Shown piece after piece: positions 20,769-32,165 of a stretch of DNA of 64,000 nt. The stretch is from an uncultured delta proteobacterium. GTDB taxonomy: Bacteria; Desulfobacterota; Binatia; UBA9968. The translations under genes were made by a program, and so were the position numbers. Below the pieces are notes generated by a model. It was not told the origin of the DNA. It worked only from the letters and a program-made list of their open reading frames with translations, and made no database searches. Where the stretch lies: positions 1-64,000 of the forward strand of contig CAVWLW010000007.1 of the NCBI GenBank assembly GCA_963755715.1. The letters run 5' to 3'. Each line of letters begins with the position of its first letter. The stretch's first letter is position 1.

Positions 20769-22241
20769 ATGGCAAAGCCACTGCCGGCCCAAGCCGCCGC
20801 TGAGACCCGCTGGCGGGACTTGCGCGAATGGCTCGCGCGGGTGGATGCGCTCGGTGAACTGAAACGAGTCACGGGCGCCAACTCCGAAGAAGATATCGGC
20901 GCCATCACCGAAATGCTCGATCATGCCGAGGGCAGCCCTTGTGTGCTCTTCGATGAGATTGCGAATTTCAAGCCGGGCTATCGCGTCCTGGTCAACAGCA
21001 TGGGGTCGACCAAACGGCAAGCCGTGACTTTGGGACTCGATCCCGCCGAAGCCTCTCATGATCGCTTGTTACAATTCTGGCGCGAGCGTTTGAAGGGCTT
21101 TGCGCCGATTCCGCCGGTCGTCGTCAAACGCGGAGCGGTTCAAGAAAATATTTTGCGCGATAACGACGTGGACTTAACGCGCTTCCCGGCGCCGATCTGG
21201 CACCCAGGCGATGGCGGCCGGTACATCGGCACGGCGAGTTTCAATATCATGCGCGATCCCGACACCGGCAACATCAACGTCGGCACCTATCGCAATCAAT
21301 TATTCGACAAGAACAGTATCGGCATCCGCGCCGCGCCGCCGCACCACGGCGGCATTATCAAGGAAAAATATATGCAGCGCGGCCAGCCCTGCCCTCTGGT
21401 CACCGTCGTCGGCAGCGATCCTCTGCTGTTTTTGGCTGCGTGCGTCGAAGGGCCGATCTATGGCCAGAGCGAGCTCGACTGGGCAGGCGGCGTGCGCGGT
21501 GAGCCCATTGAAGTCATCCAAGGCGAGCTCACCGGCCTGCCGATTCCGGCTCAAGCTGAAATCGCTCTCGAGGGTTTCATTACCACGGACCAATTTACCA
21601 AGGAGGGTCCCTACGGCGAATGGATGGGCTACTATCAGGACGGCTATCAAAAAGAGCGCGTCGTGCGCATTCAGCGGGTCTACCATCGTGACGATCCGAT
21701 CATTCTCGGCTGTCCGCAGGGGAAGCCGCCGCACGAGGACAATCGCTTTCTGGTTTATCTGCGCTCCGGGATGATCTGGGACCAGTTAGAGAAAGCCGGG
21801 GTTCCCGGAGTGTGCGGCGTCTGGTGTCCACCCGAGGGCGGCAACCGCTTGATGACCGTCGTGGCGCTTCAGACTCAATACCTCGGCCATGCGAAACAAG
21901 CCGGCCTGATCGCCTCGCAGTGCGGCGGCGGCATCGACATGAACCGGCTGACCGTGGTCGTCGACGATCACGTCGATGTCACCAGTATTCAAGACGTGGT
22001 CTGGGCGATTGTCGCGCGCTGTGATCCCGAACGGGGCGTCGAGATCATCAAAGACACGAAAGGCAGCCGGATCGACATGGCCATCGCGCCTGACCGGCGC
22101 GAGCTCAATGCCAACTCCCGTATGATCATCGATGCAACGACGCCATTCGCATGGAAACACCATCCGCTGGCCGGCGATATCATCAGCACTCCGGAGCGGA
22201 GCCGAAAAATTCATGAAAAGTGGGGTTGGATACTGGAGTAA
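20769..22241 (+). CDS. UbiD-family (de)carboxylase, abutting the preceding UbiD
   Basis: DLREWL, DGGRYIGT, NVGTYR, AEIALEG, EGPYGEW, MIIDAT; ATG directly follows the upstream TAG. Confidence 0.92.
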   Translation: MAKPLPAQAAAETRWRDLREWLARVDALGELKRVTGANSEEDIGAITEMLDHAEGSPCVLFDEIANFKPGYRVLVNSMGSTKRQAVTLGLDPAEASHDRLLQFWRERLKGFAPIPPVVVKRGAVQENILRDNDVDLTRFPAPIWHPGDGGRYIGTASFNIMRDPDTGNINVGTYRNQLFDKNSIGIRAAPPHHGGIIKEKYMQRGQPCPLVTVVGSDPLLFLAACVEGPIYGQSELDWAGGVRGEPIEVIQGELTGLPIPAQAEIALEGFITTDQFTKEGPYGEWMGYYQDGYQKERVVRIQRVYHRDDPIILGCPQGKPPHEDNRFLVYLRSGMIWDQLEKAGVPGVCGVWCPPEGGNRLMTVVALQTQYLGHAKQAGLIASQCGGGIDMNRLTVVVDDHVDVTSIQDVVWAIVARCDPERGVEIIKDTKGSRIDMAIAPDRRELNANSRMIIDATTPFAWKHHPLAGDIISTPERSRKIHEKWGWILE

Positions 22242-22274
22242 GCAGAAACCAGTCAACAGTGTGAGATTTAGATC

Positions 22275-22422
22275 TCTCCCTTGAGACTGTGTCGCAATAG
22301 CATAAGTCACATAAATGTCATTCTGAGCGCCAGCGAAGAATCTCGCATTTACTGTCGCTTACCAAGACGAGATCCTTCGGCTATCGCCTCAGGATGACAT
22401 TGCGACAAAGTCTTTAGGGAGA
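22275..22422. repeat. MITE/REP-like nested palindromic element
   Basis: 24-nt terminal inverted repeats with 3 mismatches (tctccct..agact.tgtcgcaat / attgcgaca.agtct..agggaga) enclosing tgtcattctgagcg...gaagaatctc...gagatccttcg...ctcaggatgaca. Confidence 0.75.
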
Positions 22423-22490
22423 AGACGATGTAATACAGCGACAAATCGATTGGTCGTTTTTAGCGCACAATAGATCGGCGAGGAAAACAC

Positions 22491-24807
22491 ATGGCGGTTG
22501 GGCAAGCGATCAGCATGGTGGACTCGCAACTGCGGGTGAGCGGCAGCATCGACTACACTTTGAACTTCGAATTGCCGCGCATGCTCCATGCCTGCATGCT
22601 GCGCAGTCCCCACGCGCACGCGCGCGTTGTCAAAGTCGATGCCTCGCGGGCGGCAAAACTACCCGGCGTAATCGCGGTCGCTGACGCGCGATGATCTGAT
22701 CGGCGACCACATCGATCCCTACTTCGGTCTGATTCTTCAAGACCAAACACCGGTGGCACTGGATCGAGTCCGTTTTGTCGGCGAACCGGTGGCGGCCGTG
22801 GCCGCGCTGGACGCCGATACCGCAGCAGAGGCGCTGGACCTGATCGACGTCGAATACGAGGAGTTGCCGGCGGTGTTCAACTCCGAAGAAGCCCTGAAGC
22901 CGGGCGCGCCATTGCTCTACCCCGGGCCGCGTCGAGTCATTCCCGGCCGCCCCGATGTCACTGCGCGTTCTCTGCAAGGAACGAACATCGTACATCTCTT
23001 CAAGCAACGTAAGGGCGATCTCGATCAAGGTTTTCGCGAATCCGAGCAAATTTTCGAAAACACCTACAATTCGCCTGCGGTCAATCACGTCGCACTCGAA
23101 CCCCACGTCGTCGTTGCCCAGGTCGCCGACGGTCGCATCACCGTCTGGACGTGCAATCAGAATCCCCATGTCATCCAGCGCCAATTGGCGGGCATATTCA
23201 AAGTTCCCATCGCCGACGTGCGCGTGATCGTGTTTACGCTCGGCGGCGGGTTTGGCGGCAAGCTCAATTCCAAACTGGAACCAGCCGCGGTGATCTTGGC
23301 CAAGAAAACCGGCAGGCCGGTTCGCATTGTGGCTCAGCGCGCCGAATGCTTTTTGCTCGGCGTCCAGCATGAATGCACGATCAAGCTTAAAACCGGAGTC
23401 AAACGGGACGGCACTTTGATGGCGGTGCAAGCGCTCTGCTACTACAACTCCGGTGCTTACGGCGACACATCGCCCAATTTGATTACCCGCGGCTATGCCG
23501 CCACCGGGCCCTATCGCGTGCCTCATCTCTACATGGATTCCTACGGCGTCTACACCAACACCGCGCCGTCCGCGGCATTTCGAGGCTATGGAATTACCCA
23601 GGTGGCATGGGCCCATGAGACCCAGATGGATATCATCGCCGATGCGTTGGCGATCGATCCGATTGAGTTGAGGCTCAAAAATGTTTTGCAAAAGGGCGAC
23701 TCTTTTACCACCGGTGAGCCGATGCCGGAAATGCACTACAACGAACTGATCGCTTCGGCGGTTGAAAAAATCGGTTGGAACAAGGGTCCGCTGGTGGTGC
23801 GTCACGACAATAAGATCCGCGCCAAAGGCATCGGCGTCATCGTCAAAGGCATGGCCACGCCGACGACATCGACGTCTACGGTCAAGCTCAACGCGGACGG
23901 CAGTTTAAACGTTCTCACCAGCTCCGTGGAGATGGGTCAGGGATTAAAAACCGCCCTGGCGCAGATCGCCGCCAGCGAGATTGGCCTGCCGGTGGAACGA
24001 GTGCGCATTTCCGAGCCCGACACCGCCTTCACTCCCTTCGATCTAATGACCGCGGCAAGCCGCGCGACATTTTGCATGGGCAACGCGATTCGCCACGCGA
24101 TCGAGGACGTCAAGCTTCAACTGCGCGACATCGCGGCCGCTCATCTCGAAGCGAACCGGGAAGACCTGGTGTTGCAGGACGGCAAGATCATGGTCCGCGG
24201 CGTTTCCGGCAAATCGCTCTCCTACGTGGATGCGATTCGCATGAGCAAGGCGAATAATCTTTTGGGACACGGCGTTTTCGTTTCGGGATCGGGCCCGGAC
24301 GGCAGCCCGGTGGTCATGGACTTCGAGACCGGCCAGGGTTACGGCTCAGCCGAGTGGCATCCCGCAGTGGTCGTCTGCGAAGTGGAAGTCGATACGGAAA
24401 CCGGACAAGTCACCGTGCCGCGCATCCACGCCGAGCTTTACGCCGGCAAAATAATCAATCCGCGCCTTTGCGAGTTGCAGATCGAGGGGGCGACGACCTT
24501 CGGCCTCGGCCAAGTGCTGTTCGAGGAAGTGCTCCAAGACACCAATGGGAGCATTACCAATCCGAATCTTTCGGACTATATGATCCCCTCTTTTGAAGAT
24601 GTGCCGGCTGAGTTGACTGTTCATATGCTGGAGCCGCACGGCGTAACCGATGTCCATGGGGTCGGCGAAACCGCCATCCCTCCGGCGCGACCGGCGATCG
24701 GTAACGCGATTAGCCGGGCGGTGGGTTGCCATTTTCTCGATTTACCGATCACCCCAGAGAAAGTCCTGCGCGCTTTGAACCAACAAAAACTCACGAGTAA
24801 AAGATAA
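22491..24807 (+). CDS. Xanthine dehydrogenase-family molybdopterin-binding large subunit (L1); +1 frameshift near 22680
   Basis: LRSPHAHARV, VRFVGEPVAAV, LEPH, GGGFGGK, FRGYG, EMGQG, HGVGE. Confidence 0.92.
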
Positions 24808-24818
24808 GACCAACGAAT

Positions 24819-25682
24819 ATGCGGAATATAAAACTCTTGCAGCCGGCCGAGCTTGACGAGGCGGTGGCCCTCCTCGCCGCGGCGAACGAGGAAGCGAAGA
24901 TTATCGCAGGCGGTACGGCGCTGGTTATTATGCTGCGCAATCGCCTCATCGCCCCCGCAACTCTGATTAGCCTGGGACGGTTACAGGAGCTGCGCAGCAT
25001 CCGCCACGAGCCTGGCACCGGCCTCAGAATCGGCGCATTGACGACCGTTCGTGAAACCGAAATGTCGCCGGTAGTCCGGGAACATAACCCTATGCTGGCA
25101 CAAGCCTTCGGCAAGGTTGGCAACGTCCGCGTGCGCCATGCCGCCACGGTCGGTGGCAATTTAAGCGAGGCTGATTACGCGTCCGATCCGCCTTGCGCTT
25201 TAGTGGCGCTGCGAGCAAGGGTGAAAGCTCGAAGCGTTCGAGGCGAACGAGAGATACCGTTGACGGATCTTTTCAAAAATTTCTACGAGACTGCGTTGGC
25301 GTCCGATGAAATCCTTACCGAGCTGATTGTTCCCGATCCGGCGCCCGGAAGCCGCGCAACGTACCTCAAGTTCATTTCGCGATCCTCTGAGGATCGCCCC
25401 TGCGTCGGTATGGCGGTTGTCCTGGAGAACGAATCCGACGGCACCTGCAAAAATTTGCGTTTGGTTGCCGGAGCAGTAGCGGAAATCCCCCAAGAGATTG
25501 CCGCCGCAGAAGCGCTCGCCCACGGCAAGCGTTTGACCGATGATCTCATCACAGAGATTGCCGAAGCCTACGCCGCAAGCATCGAACCGCTATCCGATCT
25601 CCGTGGCTCCGCCTGGTATCGCAAACAAATCATTGCCGTCCTAGCGCGACGGGCTTTGAAGCAAGCTCTCGCGGACAGTTAG
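24819..25682 (+). CDS. Xanthine dehydrogenase-family FAD-binding subunit (CoxM/CutM-like)
   Basis: IAGGTAL, RHAATVGGNL, DLRGSAWYR. Confidence 0.93.
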   Translation: MRNIKLLQPAELDEAVALLAAANEEAKIIAGGTALVIMLRNRLIAPATLISLGRLQELRSIRHEPGTGLRIGALTTVRETEMSPVVREHNPMLAQAFGKVGNVRVRHAATVGGNLSEADYASDPPCALVALRARVKARSVRGEREIPLTDLFKNFYETALASDEILTELIVPDPAPGSRATYLKFISRSSEDRPCVGMAVVLENESDGTCKNLRLVAGAVAEIPQEIAAAEALAHGKRLTDDLITEIAEAYAASIEPLSDLRGSAWYRKQIIAVLARRALKQALADS

Positions 25683-25694
25683 CGGAGCCGGAGA

Positions 25695-28023
25695 ATGGAG
25701 ATGTCCGCCGTCGGCCAAAGTCACTCCATGCTGGACGCGCAGGAACGCGTTTCCGGGCGGATCGATTATGCGCTCAACGTCGAATTGCCGGGAATGCTGG
25801 TAGGAAGAATCTTGCGCAGCCCTTTGCCGCACGCTCGAATCGTGGCGCTGGACACGACGCGCGCCGACCGGCTCGCGGGAGTCGGCGCGGTGCTGAGCCG
25901 CGACGATTTTGGTTTGACCTCCGGCTATTCCGGCACGTACGGGCGAATCTTTCGCGACCAGTCGGTAGTCGCGTTGGACAAAGTTCGCTTTGTCGGCGAT
26001 CCGGTGGCGGCCGTGGCGGCGGTGAACGAGGATGTCGCCGAAGAAGCGCTAGCGCTTATTCGCCTCGATTACGAAGAACTGCCCGCGGTCTTCGATGAAG
26101 AGGAAGCGCTCAAGCCCGGCGCGCCGCTGGTCCATGATCCCCGGCCCCAGCAGCAGCCGGCGTTCAGCAAGCTAATCCAAGATCTTCCGCCCGGCACTAA
26201 TGTGTGCAGCCATTTCAAACTCCGCCGTGGCGATGTCGAATCCGGCTTTCGCGAATCTGATTTTATTTTTGAAGATATCTTTCGTTCGCCGGCTGCTCAG
26301 CACGTTGCGCTCGAGCCTCACGTAACGGTCGCGCAATTTGTTGAGGGCAAACTGACGCTGTGGACCTCGACGCAGATGCCGCACGCGGTTCGTGCGCAAA
26401 TGGCCGAGCTTTTCAATCTGCCGCAGTCCCGCGTCCGGGTGATCGTCGAGACTTTGGGGGGCGGTTTCGGTTCGAAAGGTTCGCTCCGGCTGGAGCCGAT
26501 CACTGCGTTCTTGGCGCTGAAGTCGAAGCGGCCGGTGAAGATCGTGCTTAGCAGAGAAGAAGAGTTTGTCACCGTGTGCAAACACCCGGCGACCATTCGC
26601 ATCAAGACCGGCGTGATGAAAGACGGCACGCTGGTGGCGCGACAGGTTACCGCGAATTTTAATACCGGAGCGTACAGCGATATCGGCCCGGTGGTGGCGC
26701 GCAACGGTGGCTCGGCCATGTCGGGCCCGTACAAGATTCCCCATGTGCGGATCGACTCTTTTGCGGTATGGTCCAACGTCGTGCCGGCGGGAGCGCTGCG
26801 CGGCTTCGGCGTGCCGCAGGCCGTGTGGGGGTACGAAACTCAAATGGACGAGATCGCCGAGCGTCTCGGTCTCGATCCGGTGGAACTCCGCCGGAAAAAT
26901 TTGTTGCGGGACGGCGACTTGTTCGCCACCGGCGAAACATTGACCGGTATGCACTACGACGAGCTTCTGGAACGGGCCACGGCATCAATAAACTGGTCGC
27001 CGAGCGACGCTCGCTGGCTCAGCCAAAGTGACTCTCAAAGCGAGCATAGGCCGGTGCGCCGCGGCAAGGGACTGGCGTTGGTGATCAAGGCGACGATTAC
27101 GCCATCGACTTCAGCGGCTGCGCTGAAACTCAACGAAGACGGCAGCCTCAATGTTTTGACCAGCAGCGTCGAGCTGGGCCAGGGGGCAAAAACCGTGTTG
27201 GCACAAATCGCCGCGAGCGCCATGCAAGTGCCGCTCGGCTGCGTTTCAGTTTCGCACCCCGACACCGATCTTACCCCCTACGATCAGCAGACCAGTTCAA
27301 GCCGGACGACTTATTCCATGGGCGGCGCCATTGGCAAAGCCGCCGCCGATCTCAAGCGGCAACTCTTCGAGTACGCCGCAGAGTTGCTCGAAGTATCGTT
27401 GAATGATCTCATTCTGGAAGAAGGCAGAGTAGCGGTCCGAGGCAGCCCGAGCCGTTCAATCAGTTACGGCGACGTTGCGCTGCGCAGCAATCAAGGCAAC
27501 CTGATCGGACGCGGCGCGTTCAGCACGCGCGGAGGTTTGGACCTGGAGACCGGTCAGGGTATCGGTTCGGTGCACTGGCATCAGGGTGCGATCGGCTGCG
27601 AATTGGAAGTCGATATCGAAACCGGCAAGATCACAGTCCTCCGGTTGACTCCGGTTGTCTTCGCCGGGCGGGTCGTCAATCCTCGGTTATGCGAATTGCA
27701 ACTGGAGGGCTCTGCGATTTTCGGTCTCGGCCAAGCCCTATTCGAGGAAATGACTTACGACGATCATGGCCAAGTCATCAACGCCAACTTAGGCGATTAC
27801 AATATTCCGTCCTTCGAGGACATTCCATGGCGAGGTCAATTCGTGCGCGCTGGAAGACGCTGGATCGGCGGACCTCCACGGCCTCGGCGAGACCTTGCTG
27901 CCGCCGGTTATGGCGGCCATTGGCATCGCACTGCACAACGCCACCGGCGTGCGCCTTCGCCATCTCCCTCTCACCGCTGAAAAGATTTTGCTCGCGCTGC
28001 ACAATGGTGCTGCCGGCGGTTAA
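25695..28023 (+). CDS. Xanthine dehydrogenase-family molybdopterin-binding large subunit (L2); +1 frameshift near 27828
   Basis: RSPLPHARI, STQMPH, GGGFGSK, LRGFG, ELGQG; shifted C-terminus DLHGLGETLLPP...LPLTAEKIL ending TAA at 28023. Confidence 0.92.
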
Positions 28024-28043
28024 AACGCGCATTGAGGAAGCCC

Positions 28044-28544
28044 ATGAAACAAATCATCAAACTCAAAGTCAACGGCGTTGAAGATGAGCATGCAGTGCAC
28101 ACCCATCAAACGCTGCTCGAGGTACTGCGCGGCGAGCACAAACTGCTTGGCGCGCGCGAGGGTTGCGGCATCGGCATGTGCGGCGCGTGCACGGTGCTGA
28201 TCGACGGCAAACCGATAAGCTCGTGCATTCTTCTGGCGGCCCTGGCCGAAGGCAAAGAGATCGTCACGATCGAGGGATTGACCGATCCAGGCAAGCTCCA
28301 TCCGATTCAGCAGGCTTTCGTGGATCACAACGCTTTTCAATGTTCCTATTGCACGCCCGGATTTATCTTGAGCACGAAAGCCCTCCTGGAGGAGAACCCA
28401 AGCCCGACCGTAGAGCAAATCCGCCATTACTTAGCGGGAAATCTCTGCCGCTGCGGCAGCTACTACAAAATTCAGGATGCCGTGCTGGACGCCGCGACGC
28501 GATTGCGCGCCGCAGGCGCCAACCCGGCGCGCACGACATCGTAG
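28044..28544 (+). CDS. 2x[2Fe-2S] small subunit (CoxS/CutS-like)
   Basis: GCGIGMCGACTV, QCSYCTPG, NLCRCG; GAGG RBS. Confidence 0.94.
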   Translation: MKQIIKLKVNGVEDEHAVHTHQTLLEVLRGEHKLLGAREGCGIGMCGACTVLIDGKPISSCILLAALAEGKEIVTIEGLTDPGKLHPIQQAFVDHNAFQCSYCTPGFILSTKALLEENPSPTVEQIRHYLAGNLCRCGSYYKIQDAVLDAATRLRAAGANPARTTS

Positions 28545-28671
28545 AACAGCATCTGCCGGAAAAATAAACTTCATGATTTGCGTTGGTAAGGACTTAACCG
28601 CTCGAAGCGATCGAATTATTAGCTCACTCATGGCGATCTTAGTCAAAGCGAAGTCTGCAGGAGGATATCCG

Positions 28672-29670
28672 ATGAAGAGAATTTATTTTCCGATCTTGGC
28701 GATGTTTTTGTTTGTGACTGTAGCGCGAGGCGCGGAAGTGGAGGTGTTGAAGCCGAAGGGCAATCTCGAGATCAAGCTGGGCCATCCCTCATCGATTTCA
28801 CTCTACGATATGCCGGCGATATTGACCCGTGAACGGTTGAATCGAAACGGCTGGAACGTGTCCAGTGTCGAGTTTACCCGCACCGATCTCAACGTCCAGG
28901 CCTTGGCGCAAGGAACGATTCAGTTCGCCAACTCGCAGGTCATGGATCCCGTGCGCGCAACTCAAAAAGGCGCCAAGCTCGCTTTCATTATGGAGAACAA
29001 CGGCGGCGAGTTCTTGATGGTTGCCAAAAACGACATCAAAGATTGCAAGGACACCGACGGCAAGAGATTCGCGATCCATGGAGAAGCGGCGACCACCTCG
29101 CTCGCGGTCAAACTATGGCTGCTCAACGATTGTAAGGTTAAGCCAAATATCATGGTGATCCCGGGCGGCGAAAACCGCATCATCGCGCTGCAGAACAATC
29201 AGATCGACGCCACCCTGGTTCAGCTTGGCGACTGGCTGAATCTTGATGCCAAGGCGCCGGGCCGCTATCACATCATTAAAACCGGCAGCCTTTTCAATAT
29301 CAGCGGCGCCAGTTTTTGGGCGAATGTGGATTGGCTGCGCAAAAACGAAGAGGTTGCGACGGCCTATATCGCCGAAGTACTGAAAAGCTTCCGCATGGTT
29401 CATGCGAATCCCAAAATACTGGAACCTCTGGTCGCAAAGCATCTGCCCGATATGCCGAAAGAGATCATTCCCGCTGCGATCAAGGGCTATATCGAGATTG
29501 TCCGCGCATGGCCGCAAAACGGCGGCGACACCTCGATTCTCGACGACACGGTCAAATTTTTTACCGACAATGGCGAGCTAAAGACCGCGGTGAACACAAA
29601 GGAACTCGTCGATTCGAAAATTCTCGCTGGCGCGCTGAACAAAGTCGGCAAAATCGCCGGCGCGCGGTAG
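28672..29670 (+). CDS. NitT/TauT ABC substrate-binding protein
   Basis: GGAGG RBS, signal peptide, ALAQGTIQF, RIIALQNNQIDAT; followed by permeases and an ATPase. Confidence 0.85.
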   Translation: MKRIYFPILAMFLFVTVARGAEVEVLKPKGNLEIKLGHPSSISLYDMPAILTRERLNRNGWNVSSVEFTRTDLNVQALAQGTIQFANSQVMDPVRATQKGAKLAFIMENNGGEFLMVAKNDIKDCKDTDGKRFAIHGEAATTSLAVKLWLLNDCKVKPNIMVIPGGENRIIALQNNQIDATLVQLGDWLNLDAKAPGRYHIIKTGSLFNISGASFWANVDWLRKNEEVATAYIAEVLKSFRMVHANPKILEPLVAKHLPDMPKEIIPAAIKGYIEIVRAWPQNGGDTSILDDTVKFFTDNGELKTAVNTKELVDSKILAGALNKVGKIAGAR

Positions 29671-29745
29671 AGAAATGAATCATCGTACTTCCGCGCCCCT
29701 CAAATATCGGCGACCGTCCGGTTCATCCGCGGTGTCGCAGCTTGA

Positions 29746-30534
29746 ATGAAAAAAAATAACCTGTTGAAGAAACCAATCGTCGTCGATTGGAGCCTCAGGC
29801 TCGCAGTTTTTATCGCGGCGGTTGGGGTGTGGGAGCTGTTTGTCGGCACCGCGCAAAACTTTCTTTTACCCCGTTTCACCGAGGTGGCAAAGGGGCTGTT
29901 TTATTTATTGTTTTCCGAAAGCAGATTTTGGGAGGCGCTTTATATCAGTAATCAGGCGCTCATTTTAGGATTCGTCATCTCAGTAATTATAGGTATTCCG
30001 TTAGGTCTGCTCGCCGGACGATTCCACTGGATGGATCGCGTTCTCAATCCCTATGTCGGCGTGCTGTTGACCATGCCGGTGGCGCCGCTGATCCCGATCG
30101 TGATCATCGCGTTGGGGTTGGGAATCGCCGCGCGAGTGTTCATCGTCGTTCTGTTTGCTTTCGTGTTCATCACCGTGAATACGCGCGCCGGTGTGCGCGG
30201 TGTGGAAGCCTCACTCATCGAAATGGCCAAATCCTTCGGCGCCAGCGAGGCCCAGATCTGGCGCAGGATCGTCATACCCGGAGCGATGCCGGCCATCTTT
30301 GCCGGTATGCGCATCGGTCTCGGCCGAGCCATCACCGGCATGGTGATGGTCGAGCTGCTCTTGGTCGCCAGCGGTTTAGGCCGCTTATTGCTGGAATTCT
30401 CCGGCCGCATGCAGTCGGATCTTGTCTTCGCCACGGTGCTGACCGTCATTATTGAAGCATTGGCCTTGCTGGCGGGCATGCAAGCATTGGAAAAAAGAAT
30501 TACCCGTTGGGCGCCGGACATCTCGATTGGATAG
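29746..30534 (+). CDS. ABC transporter permease (SsuC/TauC-like)
   Basis: Multiple TMs; EAA loop LIEMAKSFGASEAQIWRRIVIPGAMP. Confidence 0.92.
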   Translation: MKKNNLLKKPIVVDWSLRLAVFIAAVGVWELFVGTAQNFLLPRFTEVAKGLFYLLFSESRFWEALYISNQALILGFVISVIIGIPLGLLAGRFHWMDRVLNPYVGVLLTMPVAPLIPIVIIALGLGIAARVFIVVLFAFVFITVNTRAGVRGVEASLIEMAKSFGASEAQIWRRIVIPGAMPAIFAGMRIGLGRAITGMVMVELLLVASGLGRLLLEFSGRMQSDLVFATVLTVIIEALALLAGMQALEKRITRWAPDISIG

Positions 30535-30543
30535 CTGGGTGAA

Positions 30544-31315
30544 ATGATCAGGGTCCGCGCGTTGAGCAAGGAGTTTGGCATGCGCGATAACGGCGCCGGC
30601 GTCCTTGCGCTCAGTGACATCGACTTCGAAGTCAATGACAATGAATTCGTCACCATCATCGGTCCAAGCGGTTGTGGTAAGACCACGCTGCTGCGTATCA
30701 TCGCCGGACTGATTCCCTACGACCAGGGCGAAGTGGCTATCGACGGCCGTGCGGTTACCGGACCCGGACCGGAACGCGCGGTGGTGTTTCAGAACTTCGC
30801 GTTATTGCCGTGGGCTGACGTGCTTGCCAACATAACTTTTGGGCTTGAAGTCCGCGGCACGCCCATGGATGAATGCCAAAACACAGCGCGGCATCTCATC
30901 AAGCTCGTCGGCCTCGAAGGTTTCGAGAAACGCCTGCCCAAAGAGCTGTCGGGGGGAATGCAGCAGCGCGTCGGCCTTGCCCGAGCGTTGGCGGTCAACC
31001 CGCGGATTCTACTCATGGACGAACCCTTTGGCGCCTTGGACGAGCAAACGCGCCGGCTGCTGCAGGAACAACTGCTGCTGCTTTGGGAAGAACAACGAAA
31101 AACCGTCGTATTTGTCACGCACAGCATGGATGAAGCGGTCATGCTTGGCGATCGCGTCATGCTGATGACGCCGCGTCCTGGTCAGCGTCAAGGAAATGAT
31201 CGATGTGCCGCTGCAGAGACCGCGCTCGCCGCAAGTGGAAAAATCCGGCGCCTTTGTCGAGATCAAAGAATATCTTTGGGAGAACCTCCGTGCCATGCAG
31301 GTTGGTGAATCGTGA
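30544..31315 (+). CDS. ABC transporter ATP-binding protein (SsuB/TauB-like); +1 frameshift near 31184
   Basis: GPSGCGKT, LSGGMQQR, LLMDEPF, FVTH; shifted C-terminus VKEMIDVPLQRPR ending TGA at 31315. Confidence 0.92.
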
Positions 31316-32133
31316 AACAGCAGGCTGTCGCGAAAGCTGCCGGCAAATCAAGCGCCGCGCCAACGGTTGATAGATTCCGCGTCCTGCGGCGATTCACCCG
31401 CGAAAACGCCCCTGAAGTTTTGGCGCTTCTCGGCGGAGCCGCGCTTTGGGAGTTCTTGGGTTGGAGCCTGGGGCTGCAGTGGTTACCGCCGTTTTCGAAA
31501 GTGATGGAAGCGCTCGCACAGTTCGTCGGCAGCGGAGTCATTCTCGCCAACCTGGGATCGAGCTTGCGAGGATTGATCGTCGGCTTCAGCCTCGCTTTGA
31601 TTCTGGGACTCGTTCTGGGCTCACTCATGGGTCGTTATCGCCATGTTGAAAAAGCTCTCGATATTTATGTGCACGCGCTCTTTGTCTGCCCGTCGATCGT
31701 GTTCGCGCCGGTCTTCTTCGCGATCTTCGGCCTATCCGACATGGCGCGCATCGCCATCATCGTGGTTTATGCCATGTTCGTCATTGTCATCAATACTGCG
31801 ACTGCGATTCGCACGGTCGATCCGTCGCTGGTCGAGATGGCGCGCTCGTTCGGCTGCGGTGAGGCTCAGATCTTCAGGAGAATATTATTGCCCGCGTCTT
31901 TACCGCTGGTGTTCGCCGGCATCCGCCTCGGCGTAGGGCGCGCGGTCAAGGGAATGATCAATGGTGAGATGCTCATCGCCTTTGTCGGCCTCGGCGCGCT
32001 GGCGCAGCGCTACGGCGCTCAGTTTGATGCCGCCAAAGTATTTGCTATTGCAATGGTTGTCCTTATAATCGGCCTCGTCAGCAACGCGCTTGTCCAAATG
32101 CTCGATAATCGGCTGACGCGCTGGGCAGGCTAA
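31312..32133 (+). CDS. ABC transporter permease (SsuC/TauC-like)
   Basis: LVEMARSFGCGEAQIFRRILLPASLP EAA loop; GTGA overlap with the ATPase. Confidence 0.92.
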   Translation: MKQQAVAKAAGKSSAAPTVDRFRVLRRFTRENAPEVLALLGGAALWEFLGWSLGLQWLPPFSKVMEALAQFVGSGVILANLGSSLRGLIVGFSLALILGLVLGSLMGRYRHVEKALDIYVHALFVCPSIVFAPVFFAIFGLSDMARIAIIVVYAMFVIVINTATAIRTVDPSLVEMARSFGCGEAQIFRRILLPASLPLVFAGIRLGVGRAVKGMINGEMLIAFVGLGALAQRYGAQFDAAKVFAIAMVVLIIGLVSNALVQMLDNRLTRWAG

Positions 32134-32165
32134 ATCCATTCATAAATCTTTTTCCAGGCAAGAAA

